DNA of 62,960 nucleotides, counting the filler, from Octopus bimaculoides (taxonomy: Eukaryota), in the NCBI RefSeq assembly GCF_001194135.2. It is 4 parts of 4 records of this genome, joined end to end, with 100 filler letters (N's around TTAATTAATTAA, not from the genome) between each part and the next. Parts side by side here need not be neighbours in the genome. Positions count along the whole stretch, not along the records: positions 1 to 13,441 come from NC_068994.1; positions 13,542 to 29,875 come from NC_068991.1; 2 more parts are not named here. One strand, written 5' to 3'. Position numbers and translations under genes: made by a program. The notes below the pieces were generated by a model. The model was not told the origin of the DNA and made no database searches. It saw nothing but the letters and a program-made list of their open reading frames with translations. Shown here in pieces: positions 1-13,629 of the stretch (the stretch's first letter is position 1; every line of letters begins with the position of its first letter).

Positions 1-257
1 TTTGTGAGCCATTCAGATCTCTGGATCTGCTATTATGTTGTTAAAGTTTTCTGCCAGCTTTTTATGCATTCCTGGCAGGTGTTTTAACCAGAAATTGGGG
101 ATCTTGTCGTGTCCAGGTGCCTTCCAGTTGCTTAGTCTTTGCAGTGTCTGGGTGACCTCTTCAGTTGTTATAGGGGCCCAGAGTTGCTCAGGTGCTAAGT
201 TCGTTGTTTTAATGGTCCTTTTTTGGGGTTGTTGCTTCACCGACCATATTTGTTTCC
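1..257 (-). mobile_element. R4/Dong-like non-LTR retrotransposon fragment (N-terminal part of RT)
   Basis: Minus ORF 13-240 reads EEVTQTLQRLSNWKAPGHDKIPNFWLKHL, the WKAPGxDxIxxFWLK motif typical of R4/Dong/NeSL-type RTs. Confidence 0.7.
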
Positions 258-329
258 AGAATTTCTCTAGTTCTTCATCTTCTTCTTCTTCTTCTTCTTC
301 TTATTATTATTATTATTATTATTATTATT

Positions 330-945
330 GCGCGTCGAGCTGACAGAATCGTTAGCACGCTGGGCAAAATGCTTAGCGGTATTTCGTCGGCTGCTACGTT
401 CTGAGTTCAAATTCCGCCGAGGTTAACTCTGCCTTTCATCCTTACGGAATCGATAAATTAAGTACCAGTGAAACACTGGGATCGATGTATTCGACTAGTC
501 CCCTCCCCAATAATGTCGGGCCCTGTGACTTTCGTAGAAAGAATTATTATTGTTATTAGGGTATTAGCTAGCAGAATCGTTAGCATGTCTGGCAAAATGC
601 TTACCGGCATTTCGTCCAACTCATCGTTTAGAATTTTAATTCTATCGGGGCCAACTTTGCCTTCATCCTTTCGAGGCCGATAAAATAAGTACCAGTAAAT
701 CATTGGGGTTCAATGTAACCAACATATCCCCTACCCTTAAACTGCTGACCTTGTGCCAAAATTTGAAACCATTGTTATAAAGGCGGCGAGATGGCAGACT
801 TGTTACCGTATCAGACGAAATGCTTGCATTTCTTCTGGCTTTACGGTCTGAGTTCAAATGCTACCTAGATCGACTATCCTTTTCATGTTTTCGGGATTGA
901 TGAAATAAGTCCCAACTGAGCACTGGGGTCGATGTAATCGACAGG
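330..945 (+). mobile_element. Three head-to-tail copies of a tRNA-derived SINE (family 2, CCTTTCATCCTTTCGGGGTCGATAAATTAAGTACC core)
   Basis: Repeated GAGCTGGCAGAATCGTTAGCA head, GAGTTCAAATTCCGCC B-box, conserved core and (TAT)n tails at about 330-540, 556-770, 781-945. Confidence 0.8.
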
Positions 946-1174
946 TTGTTGTTGTTATTACTTGTTGATGCTAACAGAATCAGTTGCTTATTCTCTTTTC
1001 TTTCTCTTTTCTTTTCCATATTCCGTCATCGATCTCCACCACTGCTTTACACGGTCATCCGACATTCCCCGCTACGGTTACTGATGCTGCTGCTACTATT
1101 ACTGCCACTGCTGCTACTGCTGTTCATCCGCCGCCACTGTCTTCCACTGCTGCCCGTAATGCTTCCAACACCAG

Positions 1175-1770
1175 GTATCGCTGCCATCATCCTAGTCGTC
1201 TACATTTTCTTAGGGACACTGATGTTCAAGTCTTGGGAAGAGTGGGGCTATCTGGAAGCCTTTTATTTCGTATTTATCTCGCTCAGTACCATCGGCCTCG
1301 GAGACATCGTACCAGCCCATTCCAAGTTCTTTCTACTCTCCTCTATTTATATATTCTTCGGGCTGTCTTTGGTATCGATGTGCATCAACGTGGCCATTCA
1401 GTTCTTCTCACGTACAATTAAAAAGGCCAGACGAACCATGAATGAAATCAGTGATCGAGCTCAGCGCACAGCTACAATGACCATCGGTAAAGCAAAAACG
1501 GCTGTTGTTAAGATGGCCGGTGACACAGATGGACCTGTGTCACATGACCATCAGAATGGGGTCGCCAGTGACCACAAAGGGGTTGCCAGTGATCACAAAG
1601 TAGATACTAAAGATTCATCTGATGAAACAGGCAAAAGTGCCAAACCTCCATCGCAGGGATTCTTCCGTCGAAAATCGTCAACTGAAAAAAGCCCAACTAA
1701 AACCACTGATCAGGACACTGTAGTGACTGTCATTCAGCCAGATAGCTGTCCTGAAGGGTTCACGGGTTAA
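1175..1770 (+). CDS. Two-pore-domain K+ channel (K2P/TWK-like), exon encoding M3, pore 2, M4 and C-tail; upstream exons outside window
   Basis: ORF 946-1770 contains IAAIILVVYIFLG (M3), WEEWGYLEAFYFVFISLSTIGLGDIVP (P2) and IYIFFGLSLVSMCIN (M4). First usable acceptor is CCAG at 1171-1174 (phase 1); stop TAA 1768-1770. Confidence 0.85.
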
Positions 1771-2039
1771 ATTAACAACTAATTCATTGGTGAGTTGATA
1801 GCGGTCGTGGGGCTGAGTTTGGGTGACAGGGGTGGGTGAACAGGTTTTGGTTATTGTTGTTGTTGTTATTGTGGTGAATATTATCAATAATGAGGGGGAA
1901 GTGGAGTGGCAGATTTGACAGAGTGATGGATAAAATACCCTTGAAGTATTTTGTTGCATATCTTAGAATTTGGGGTTCAAATCCAACTGAGCTCAACTTC
2001 CCTTCCCTCTATATTAAGGTGTCATTTAAAAAAAAAAAC

Positions 2040-2209
2040 ATGCTAGTTGTGTACCCAGGATAAAAGGGAAACTAATTGGCTACAAACAATATTTGAAAAC
2101 TTGTGGTTATGTAACAAATCTATAATATCAATGATGACAATGATGATTGAGGAAGAGGAGGAGTGAATGAGGAGGATGATGATGAGAACATTAATGACAG
2201 AAGATGCGG

Positions 2210-2242
<33 letters not shown>

Positions 2243-2880
2243 GGGTAGTGGTGAAGAAGGTGATGATGATCATATATGATAACTGAATATAATGGTAGTA
2301 ATGTTAATGATGATAGTGAAGGTGGTAGTGGGAGTAAAATGATGATGATGATGATGATGATGATGATTATAATGATGGTGGTGGTAGTTGTGGTAGTTCC
2401 TATGTGTCAAACAACAGTATGTAACAAGGAAGTAGTAAGAATGAGGGATAAGGATTCTGTTTGGAACTTCAAAATCTTGTGGTCCTCTCTACTATTACTT
2501 CTCTTGCAACTTAAAATTGAAGTGGAGGTGAAACACCCTACACGTTAACTACTATACTCTTGAGCAAACTCTTTATGTGGTCCCTCAACATGCTAGAAAT
2601 TGCAGTCAAGTTCCCTCAGACCACAACTACCATCACCTCACACAACACCACCAACAGCACTACCAACATCACTACCACCAGCAATAACAACAACAGCAAC
2701 AGTAGCAATAACATTTACCAGAACAATAACAATGCCAATATCACCGCCACCACCACCACCAACACATCCATCACCACCAACAAGAACAACAGCTACAATG
2801 AAATGGGCAATGTGTAGACCAACACCACTACCATCACCACCACCACAACAACAACAAGAACCACTGATGCAGCATCTACT
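2040..2880. repeat. Mixed trinucleotide low-complexity tract (GAT/GGT then CAC/AAC)
   Basis: Direct reading; produces poly-M/I/T/N pseudo-ORFs. Confidence 0.85.
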
Positions 2881-3725
2881 CATTCCCTCCAACTGCTAAA
2901 TATAGCAATCAAATATCACCCTTCAATCACATCCTTTAAAAGGGAGAGAAGAATACATCAGATTATGTAGTCTTAAAAATTCAGACAGGATGGTCACAAG
3001 TGGAACACTCTTCATTATAAATCTGCTTCATTAAGTTTGCCTTTGGGAAATGAAAACTACAATAACAACAACAACTAATTTATGCAAAAATTAGTTATAA
3101 AACTTGTTCAAACCCTAATCCTACCCTGTCACTCCTACTCCCATCACAAACTCCCTATCATATCCCAAATGATAAGTTAACGGTTAATTATATCAGTCTA
3201 ATAGAATTCCCTCACTGCCATTGTGACTCTCAGGGCGCTGCTATGATTTAAAGACACAAGGAGGGAACCCCCTAAATCCTTTTTCCATCAACTTGTTTAA
3301 GCCATTCCCCTCCCCAATTGTTCTGTGTATTCAAATGTTCGACAGAAAGCCAAGAAATGGGAACGGAAAACACACATGCCCCTCGTAACGTCTACGCAGT
3401 ATGACATGGAAGATATCATTTCTGCTGCTGTACTCTTAAAGTATTCCTGTGTTGTACAAAAGGGCTAACAAATTGCATTGCAGAAACAAACATATTCTGC
3501 TGATCAAATGAATGGATGACGTATAGAACGATTTTGTTTCACAAAGAATCAGGTATTTTGAGTTGAGTAATGTGTGTGTGTGTGTGTGTGTGCGTGTGTG
3601 CGAGCGTGTGTGTGTGTATACATGCATACACACATACATACATACATATATATATATATACATACATACATATATATATATACACACATACATATATATA
3701 TATACACACATACATATATATATAT

Positions 3726-3766
<41 letters not shown>

Positions 3767-4005
3767 NNNNNNNNNNNNNNNNNNNNNNNNNNNNNNNNNN
3801 NNNNNNNNNNNNNNNNNNNNNNNNNNNNNNNNNNNNNNNNNNNNNNNNNNNNNNNNNNNNNNNNNNNNNNNNNNNNNNNNNNNNNNNNNNNNNNNNNNNN
3901 NNNNNNNNNNNNNNNNNNNNNNNNNNNNNNNNNNNNNNNNNNNNNNNNNNNNNNNNNNNNNNNNNNNNNNNNNNNNNNNNNNNNNNNNNNNNNNNNNNNN
4001 NNNNN

Positions 4006-4056
<51 letters not shown>

Positions 4057-6274
4057 ATGTGTGTATACATATGTGTGTGTGTATGTATGTATGTATATAT
4101 GTATGCATGCATGCATGTATGTATATATATATACACACATACACATATGTATATATGTATATATGTGTGTGTGTGAGTGCATGTGTATGTATGTGTGTAT
4201 GTATTTATAAGATGTCCAGTACAAATGATATACAGTATGTGAATTGATGTACACATATGATACAGAGAATGCAAGACTTTATGAACAAAAAACAAATGGA
4301 AAAATAATATAAAAGATTTCCTGTATAAAGAATCTAAAATGTACAAATTTTTTTGTAATTATATTAAATATGTAAGATTTTTTTTTTTTGACACATACAA
4401 GAACATAACCAAAGGTGTTATTTGTATTTAAAGTATTTCTTTAAGAGTTCTTACATAAATTCTCTTCAGTCAAAACAGCTCAGATGAGGAGGTTATAATG
4501 TAAGAACTCTCTTACATAATTACATGAAACACTTATATTAAATGCATTCAAAGTATCAACATTTGGTTTTGTCTTTATGACTCTCTTCAATAACAATCTA
4601 GCCTGTCCTTGCTTCAATAACATGGTTAATACAACAAGGATATAGCAATGGAATGTTTTACTGGATCTGAGTCAAAAGATTCTGGTAAAGTGTATCGGAT
4701 CAAAGCATACCTCACAAAAAATATATATACAATATTATGATGTTGTCTACATGATATTCAATGTGCAGGACTTAAAGTAAAACAAAAATTCCATACTGAA
4801 TCAAGATGGAGAGTACAAATCATATTCAGTGTGTAAGGTTTTGAATAAAGGGACATACCATATGTAAAACAGTGACTATTCAATATGATGGACTTTGTGT
4901 AAAAAAGGATCTACCACATACAAGCTGGAGACTATGAACATATACAATCTGTAAGATTTTGTGTAAAAAGTGTATAAAAGATCACAGATATTGAATACAA
5001 AATATATTAAATCTAAAATATAAAATATTAAAATTTTTTGTATAAAAACGATAAAGTACATCTCAGGTGTTGAGCATAAAAAGATATTCAATGTGTTATA
5101 GTTTGTATAAAAATAACATGTAGCATATTTAAGATATGGTGTATAACAAACAGTCAATGTGTAAGAGTTTGGTTTGTATAAAACAAAATGCACTACAATT
5201 AAAAGGTGAGTAGGAAAGGTTCATTTGTGCAAAGGTTTGTATAAAAAGGATGTAGCACATTTAAGATATAGAAGACAATGTGTATAGACAATGTGAAGAC
5301 CATGTTTTTAACAAAAATATATGCTATGTACTAGAACTAGTGTACAAGAGATGTACTGCACACAAGTTTTGGTATAGAATGAAATTGAAACTACAGATTG
5401 TATAAGGCACAAATGCATATATACTGCATATTCACATACATGCATACACACACATACATACACATGCACACACATTCATGCACATACACACACACACACA
5501 CACTAAAACACATCAAACTAATGCAATATTTGAAAAAACACTTCTCCCTCCTGTGTTTTCTTTGTTCTTTTTGTTTCACAATATGTGTGTGCGTGTTTGT
5601 AATACATGGTTGATGTTGTCTGTTTATCAGTTTTGGATGTCTTGGGATCTGTTTATCAGTTTGGGATGTCTTTGAGAGATGAAGAAATTTAGTGACAAAT
5701 GCTGACTGTCAAATTGTGATAGCTTTCTTTCAGTCTGCTTTGCTCTACTTTTATGTTGATGTACTTGTTGACTACATACACATGCATGCACATGCATGCA
5801 GACACACACACACACAAATATGCATATATACATGCATGCCTAAATAATACATACATACATACATACATACATATGTTACCACTCACACTCTATGAATGCA
5901 TTCCCTCTCCCTTTCCTTCCTATGAACCACTGTCCTTATCCTGTCTTATGCCCACCTTCTTAAAATTTGAGAGTTCACTCTGGCACTCCACCACTACCTT
6001 CCTTTATCTCCTTCTCAACTACTCTCACCCACCTCTATACATAATAGGGGTGAGCCATGTATCTCTTCTAAAGCAAGACACCTGTACTTGTCCCTCTATC
6101 TTACTTTAGCCCATCAACATCAAGCATGAAGCCACTTTCCCTTCTCAAATACACCCCCACTTTATAGTAGGAGCTTTTTCCTTTACCTTTCCCTATTCTT
6201 CCTTGTTCGTCTTCTCTCTTACAAGTTACTTCGCAACCTCACAAGTGCTAGTGATACACAAAAAAAAAAGCACT

Positions 6275-6400
6275 CTATACACTCTGTAAAGTGGTTGGTG
6301 TTAGGAAGGGCATCCAGTTGTAGGAATCAAAGCTGACATTAGGGCCCAACACAGCCTTGCAGCTTGCCAGGACCATGCCAGCATGGAAAGTGGATGTTAA

Positions 6401-6435
<35 letters not shown>
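6275..6435 (+). mobile_element. SINE family 3 (GTGGTTGGCGTTAGGAAGGGCATCCAGC...CCATGCCAGCATGGAAA...(GAT)n tail)
   Basis: Same motif set recurs at about 41765-41905(-), 43640-43925(+), 49255-49310, 52820-52955(+), 54945-55080(+). Confidence 0.75.
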
Positions 6436-6436
<1 letters not shown>

Positions 6437-7689
6437 TACATATGTATGTATGATTCTGTGAAGTTGAAATCTGGCCTGAAAAGTCATTTACAAAGTCATG
6501 AAAGAGGCTCAAGAAGAAATTCCAAAACAACTTCCTTGAGGATGAGTTGACAACTAATATGCATGTATGTATGTATGTATGTGGGACAAAGAAAATAACT
6601 GAGAAATTATAATGAAGAGAAATCTCATGACAGAGCAAGTATCATAATTTAGAATTTCAAGGCAAACAAAATATTTGGGGCAGTTATTGGTTTAAGAATG
6701 TATAAAAAATAATACCAACCAGAGTGTCAGCTCCACCACCACTACCATCACCATCACTACCTACATGTTGCAAAAATAAATGGTAAAACAAACCTAATAA
6801 ACATAAGAATCAAATCAACAAAATCCATTAGTAAACAAATAACAATGATCTTGTTGATAGTGATGATTTTGCTAGCAAGGATGATTATGATGATGAGGAG
6901 GAGTGGAGGAAGAGAGAGTAGTTGAAGGAGGATGGCAATATTCCTTTTATGTAAGTACCATATTTACTGGCATATAAGACATGCTTCTTTTATTGTCAGA
7001 TGTATAAAAAAAATGCAGCCATATTATGGATGAGAGATTGAGTGTTTTAGGCCAGGAGGCCTAAGCATTAGTCCACAAGGCACAATAATTGTCACTAATA
7101 GTAAATATTGAAAAGCAAGCCAAACTATCACAGTTTATTAGAACAAACTTATGAAAAACTGCTTAAGGTAAAGCAGTTATGTGGGGATTTCACAACATCT
7201 CTTTATAACTCCTTCCCCAGCTTACATAACCCACAACAAATGTGTGTCTTACATTATTTAATGGCTATGTTACCTTTAAGAAACATTTTCTTCTAGAAAG
7301 ATAAAAGTAATGTTTAACTTTCATCTACCTGTCAGTTATTTGTAATGAGTGCATGACAACAAAATTATAGTGATGGTGCACCACCCTTGTGACGGATCAG
7401 AGTAACAAAAACATCATAGCCAAAAATATGAGTTTTACATCATGTAAGGCAACTCTTATAACTAAAATATAAATAAATTTGCAATTGATCTAAAAGAAGA
7501 TAAAGTTGAAATACAGTACTCATATAACGTTGTTTATTTATGATAAGTTTATGGTTACTAATAAGAATGAACTTATTGTATACAGTGCTCAGGTGCACTA
7601 AAACTCATCAGAAAAAGTAACCCAAACTGCATGAACAGTATATAGAATATACACAGGAAGTGAACAGTGAATAAGTCTTTAAAGAAAAA

Positions 7690-7990
7690 TTAAAATGAGA
7701 AAAGAAATGGAGTGGGAGTGTACTGTTAGTGAATTTCAGGAAGCATGGAAGTTTTGAAGGATGTAATGTCTCAACAGCTAACAACTGATGCAGGTAGTTT
7801 GTTTCATGCTTCAGCAATTCTGAGCATGAAAAAGTGTTTCCCAAAAACATGGGCGCCATGTTGTTTTTTTGATTTTGTAAGCATATCCATAAGTGTTAGA
7901 CATATGGAATTTAAAAAAGTGCCCAAATTGTTGTTGGAAAGATGGCAGTTAAACTTGTAGATTTCTAGCAAGTGAGTTACCAGATGTCAG
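7690..7990 (-). mobile_element. CR1-type LINE 3' fragment, degenerate
   Basis: Minus translation YGYAYKIKKQHGAHVFGKHFFMLRIAEA*NKLPASVVSC*DITSFKTSML matches the CR1 ORF2 C-terminal pattern (KHFF..R....WN.LP..VV....SFK). Confidence 0.7.
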
Positions 7991-8947
7991 AGCTTTAATA
8001 TGTTTCATACTTTACTCTAGTATATTGTCACAGCACATTATATTAATATGCGAAGATGCATATATTTTCCACCTATAAAAACCACTTTAAAATATCTTTC
8101 AATAAGTGTATGATGACAAATACTAAATTTGTTTTTTCCACAAAATATGCTTTGTCAAATAGGGTTGCATTTTATGTCAGAGTGTATTTTATATGCCAGT
8201 AAATACAGTAGGATAATGACCTAAAATATTGTGAGTGGGGAGATGTCTATAAACGATAGAAACAATTATACAAGTTCAAGCCAGATGTAGGATGTTGATG
8301 TATTACTTCAGTCTGCCTAGCTGACAAAATAGGTTTCATTTCCAACTTTCCAAGTCTCTACTCCACATTCCAATGAATTGTAGAAGAAAAGAAAATCCTG
8401 TTGTAGAAATATTTACTTCAAAATAACGCAAATGTCCAAATTTGTTAAATCAATATACAAAATTGGATGATGTTCATTCTATTTCTGCAAAAGGAAAAGC
8501 AACAAACAAAAAACTTAAAATAATAAATGAAAATAAAATAAAACTTTCATGTTGCTTATGACATTAGTCCGACTGCTAGCGACCATATGTTCACTAAAAT
8601 ATACTCAAAGGAGTATTTGATCTCAAGACAATAGACAGAAAAACTTCTTTTTTACTCTCCTGCTTTTTCTACAGCATCTTATTCTTATTCTCTTCCCTTC
8701 ACTTCTTCTTCTTCTTCTTGTCGTTGTTGTCCTACTTCTTGTTCTTCTTCCTCCTCCTTTTATTCCTTCTCTGGTTTCTTCTCTTCGTCTTCCTCCCCCT
8801 CCTCCTTCCTCATTTCCACTTCCATCTCCTCCCTATACTTTTCTTTTCAATGAGACCTGTCAGTGATCACTCCAACCAGTAATGGAATTTCAGACCACTC
8901 TCAGACCTGCAAGTTAACAAACTATTTGTTAATATTGAGTTCAGTTT

Positions 8948-9165
8948 AAGGCGGTGAGCTGGCAGAAACGTTAGCATGCCGGGCGAAATGCTAAGCAGTA
9001 TTTCATCAGTCTTTACGTTCTGAGTTCAAATTCCGCTGAGGTCAACTTTGCCTTTCATCCTTTTGGGGTCGATAAATTAAGTACCAGTTCCGTATTGGGG
9101 TCGATCTATCGACTGGCCCCCTCCTCAAAAATTTCGGGCCTTGTGCCTAGAGTAGAAAAGAATAT
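8948..9165 (+). mobile_element. SINE family 2, near full length
   Basis: Head, B-box, core and TGCCTAGAGTAGAAAAGAAT tail all present. Confidence 0.85.
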
Positions 9166-10479
9166 TGAGTTCAGTTTCCTTTAACTAACATGTTAAACAC
9201 AAGGAACATTAAAAAAAAAAAAAAAAGACAAAAAAAAAAGCCTAAGCCTGAAATAATAATGTCATGTGAGGAATGAACCTTATTAGTCTTTGACTATCAC
9301 AACTGAAATATTTAATGGTCAGTAATGCAATGACCCAATGATTGATTCATTTGAAACCCATAACTAATGACATTTGTGTTCAGTTATTGAATTATCAAAT
9401 ATATCGATAAACAAATGAAACATGGAAGACAACATGGAGATGTTTTAGCTTCAACAGAACATAGACATTGGTGAAACAGTGATGAGAAAATCACTACAAA
9501 CTAAATGTCCAAAATTACAGATTTGGTTGTTATGGATAGTTAAAGTTGTTTGGAGACTAGTGACTCTTGTGGCTCGTTTCAGTGAAATATGAGTTCCCCA
9601 CGGTGCTTATTTAATAGGGGACTAAACCACTGAGATGATATTAATCATATCCAGGGAACAGGCTGCCTATTTGTTCATAATTCTTACTAAAATATCAACT
9701 CAGCATTTTGTTTGTATTGTCAATAATTTTTTTTTAATTTTTTTAATTTTTTATAATTTTTTATCTTTTGTATTTTTGGCTTTACTGATACAAAAAGCTT
9801 TACTCAAAATGCTATGCTTGTTGCACGTAAACATAAAATACATAATCATATGTAGAAACACACACACAATAAACACACATGCACACACACATACATATAC
9901 ACACATACACACACAGGCACATGCAGACACACACACACATGCACATGTACGTGCACACACAGACACACTCGCACAAACACACTCAATGCTTAGCTTTGCT
10001 TTCCTGTGCATTGCTTGTATGACATCATACAGTTTTTGTTTTCTTTGGCACAGGAGAGCATGATGTCCTACTATCTAAGGGGGATAATTCTTTTAAGAAT
10101 TTTTTTTTTGTCTTTAATCAGCAAAACATAACTGCTATTAAAAAAGGGGGCGGCGGTATGTAATTCTAGAAATAAATGGCAACTACTGCATTTGATCCAC
10201 TCTCCATTACATGGAACCTCACCAACCATTGATGTAATGAGATCACAAATTAAACTATCCTAACCTAGAAGAAAATCAAAGAAAATTTTAAACTACATCA
10301 ATAAAGAGAATGATGTAATAATCTAATAACTAAACAGGCTGTCAAATTCTTTCTATGTTGTGGATGAGTACATTGTATATTAGTATTGACTTCTTGCATT
10401 GGCAGAAGGCCAAAGATTTTCTGGAAAGAATAATATTGTTAATTTAATCAAGCCTATTGACTCAACAGAGTTAAAAGGT

Positions 10480-10680
10480 GAAGACACATGCCTTAATGGC
10501 TAGGGTTTTGAATCCTAGATCAGACAGTGCATTGTGTTCTTGAGCAAAATGCTTCATTTCATGTAGCTCCAGTCTACTCAGCCATAAATGAGATCCAGCA
10601 ATAGCTGTGACTGACTGGGATCCCATTGAGGAGAAGAGATGTGATCTCAGTTATTTATACATCATGGAAACTTGGTAACT
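10480..10680 (+). mobile_element. CORE-type SINE (family 4), degenerate
   Basis: TGTGTTCTTGAGCAAAATGCTTCATTTCATGTAGCTCCAGTCTACTCAGC resembles 50060-50120. Confidence 0.6.
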
Positions 10681-11447
10681 GGTTTTGTAAGTCCTTGGAC
10701 TCAGTTCAGACCTTTAGGCTAAGAATAGGTTTAAAATGCAGATCTCTGCTTCTTATAATTCCTACAATGCCTTATTGGAATGTTGAATTATTTCCAGTAC
10801 TTGAATGCTATTTTATTTTATCTACCAAAAGAGGATAAAAAAAGGCAATGTTTACTTAAGTGGGATTAGAAATCAGCACAAAGAGCCATAGTAAAAACTA
10901 GGGAGAAGGCATTTTTTCCAGTACTCTATCAATTCCCCCAAACAGGTGAAAATTGAAAATGAAAAACTGGAATAAAATATTATGCCGATATAAATATTAT
11001 AGAAAAGAAAAATTTAACATTGCAGGAAAAAAAAACATTTCTTAGGAAATGCCCAAAATATATTCCACTGTTTAAAATCTTTATATTCCAATTTGCTGAC
11101 ACAGACCACCGCTAGTTTTATCAAATTTAACTTTTTCACATCTGAAACTTGAATTCACTTCATAAAATGTTAAAACTGAATTCTATCTCAGTTGTGGCCT
11201 CTTGAAAAAGAAGAAAACTACTGTCACTCAACAAACTTTGTGCAAAAATAATGTTGATTTCTTACAATGGCTCTGTGGCCAATCTACTGGTCATACCATT
11301 AATTAAAACAATGTGTTGATAAGTCCATGTTAGAAATAAATATTAATGAAACTATTCATTTCAAGATCTAATTGTATTCTAATTTTGCCGACCATATTTC
11401 AATGTTTACAGACAAAATAGCTATAAAATACACACACACACACACAC

Positions 11448-11522
<75 letters not shown>

Positions 11523-13399
11523 TATATATACACACATATATATACACACACACACACCCTGAAAATTACTTTTACAATTTTCTCAAATAACTATGTTGGA
11601 AAATAACTATTCATACTACCTCACTTACAAGCCATGTTACAGACACATGTGCATGTGCACACACAATAATACACAATCGTATTCACATGCATTTACCTGC
11701 AAGTATACATATCCACACACAGAGGCAACTTACCAGTTCCTTATTTTCAAAATATTTCTTAATTAATCACACTCATACATATATATATACACATATATAT
11801 ATACATACATATGCATATATATATACATACATATGCACATATATATATATATATACATACATATGCATATATATATATATACATACATATGCATATATAT
11901 ATATATACATACATATGCATATATATATATACATACATATGCATATGTATATATATATATATATATATANNNNNNNNNNNNNNNNNNNNNNNNNNNNNNN
12001 NNNNNNNNNNNNNNNNNNNNNNNNNNNNNNNNNNNNNNNNNNNNNNNNNNNNNNNNNNNNNNNNNNNNNNNNNNNNNNNNNNNNNNNNNNNNNNNNNNNN
12101 NNNNNNNNNNNNNNNNNNNNNNNNNNNNNNNNNNNNNNNNNNNNNNNNNNNNNNNNNNNNNNNNNNNNNNNNNNNNNNNNNNNNNNNNNNNNNNNNNNNN
12201 NNNNNNNNNNNNNNNNNNNNNNNNNNNNNNNNNNNNNNNNNNNNNNNNNNNNNNNNNNNNNNNNNNNNNNNNNNNNNNNNNNNNNNNNNNNNNNNNNNNN
12301 NNNNNNNNNNNNNNNNNNNNNNNNNNNNNNNNNNNNNNNNNNNNNNNNNNNNNNNNNNNNNNNNNNNNNNNNNNNNNNNNNNNNNNNNNNNNNNNNNNNN
12401 NNNNNNNNNNNNNNNNNNNNNNNNNNNNNNNNNNNNNNNNNNNNNNNNNNNNNNNNNNNNNNNNNNNNNNNNNNNNNNNNNNNNNNNNNNNNNNNNNNNN
12501 NNNNNNNNNNNNNNNNNNNNNNNNNNNNNNNNNNNNNNNNNNNNNNNNNNNNNNNNNNNNNNNNNNNNNNNNNNNNNNNNNNNNNNNNNNNNNNNNNNNN
12601 NNNNNNNNNNNNNNNNNNNNNNNNNNNNNNNNNNNNNNNNNNNNNNNNNNNNNNNNNNNNNNNNNNNNNNNNNNNNNNNNNNNNNNNNNNNNNNNCGTTG
12701 TCAACTACTTACATAATTAGTTACGTAATTGTCTGTTACTGTTCAGTATGATCGTTCTTTGCAATATAATTTGCAGAACTATACACGAGACATCCGCATG
12801 AGATTGAACATGTATATAGTTCTACCAATTACGTTTGGGGCTATATTTCAAAAGTCTTTGTTTTGGTGTGCCAAATACTGGAAATAATTCTGCAGAAAGT
12901 AATTCTCTGCAGTTAATTTTGCTGGTTAGAGAACATAGTTATTTGAATTTAAATAATAAGGGTGAAAAATTGAATATTAATTTGATTAATATCAATTTAA
13001 AACCAGTGGCCTAGCAAATAGAAAAATCTGACGATTCAGAAAAATTTCAGAAAACTTATTCACATATATATATATGTATATATATGTATACATAATATAT
13101 ATATATGTGTGTGTGTATGTGTGTATGTATATGTATATATGTAGATATATATATATGTGTGTATCTATGTGTGTATATATATATATATGTATATGTGTAC
13201 ATATATACACACATATATGTGTGTGTGTGTGTATATATATATTCATATATATACATATATATATATATATATGTATATATGTAGAGATATATATATGTGT
13301 ATCTATGTGTGTATATATATATGTATATATATGTATATGTGTACATATATACATACATATATGTGTGTGTGTGTGTATATATATTCATATATATACATT

Positions 13400-13433
<34 letters not shown>

Positions 13434-13441
13434 TTCATATA

Positions 13442-13541
13442 NNNNNNNNNNNNNNNNNNNNNNNNNNNNNNNNNNNNNNNNNNNNTTAATTAATTAANNN
13501 NNNNNNNNNNNNNNNNNNNNNNNNNNNNNNNNNNNNNNNNN
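13442..13541. other. Artificial scaffold-joining linker N44-TTAATTAATTAA-N44
   Basis: Exactly 44 N + 12-mer (stops in all six frames) + 44 N; identical at 29876 and 61721. Confidence 0.9.
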
Positions 13542-13629
13542 TGCTGCAGCACCGCCTTTTTAGTCAAGCTAATCGACCCCAAGGATATATTCTTTATAAG
13601 CGTGGTACTTATTGAATCCTAAGCTTCGA

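Noticed and set aside
946-1174. Leu-rich N-terminal part of ORF 946-1770 as a signal or TM segment
   Set aside because: It is a polypyrimidine and (CTG/CTA) tract upstream of the acceptor; channel homology starts at 1175.
2560-2899. N/T-rich and P/T-rich ORFs
   Set aside because: Trinucleotide low complexity, open in several frames, no splice or domain support.
10064-10170. Strong-looking acceptor ttttctttggcacag
   Set aside because: Following frames give no recognisable protein and no good donor.
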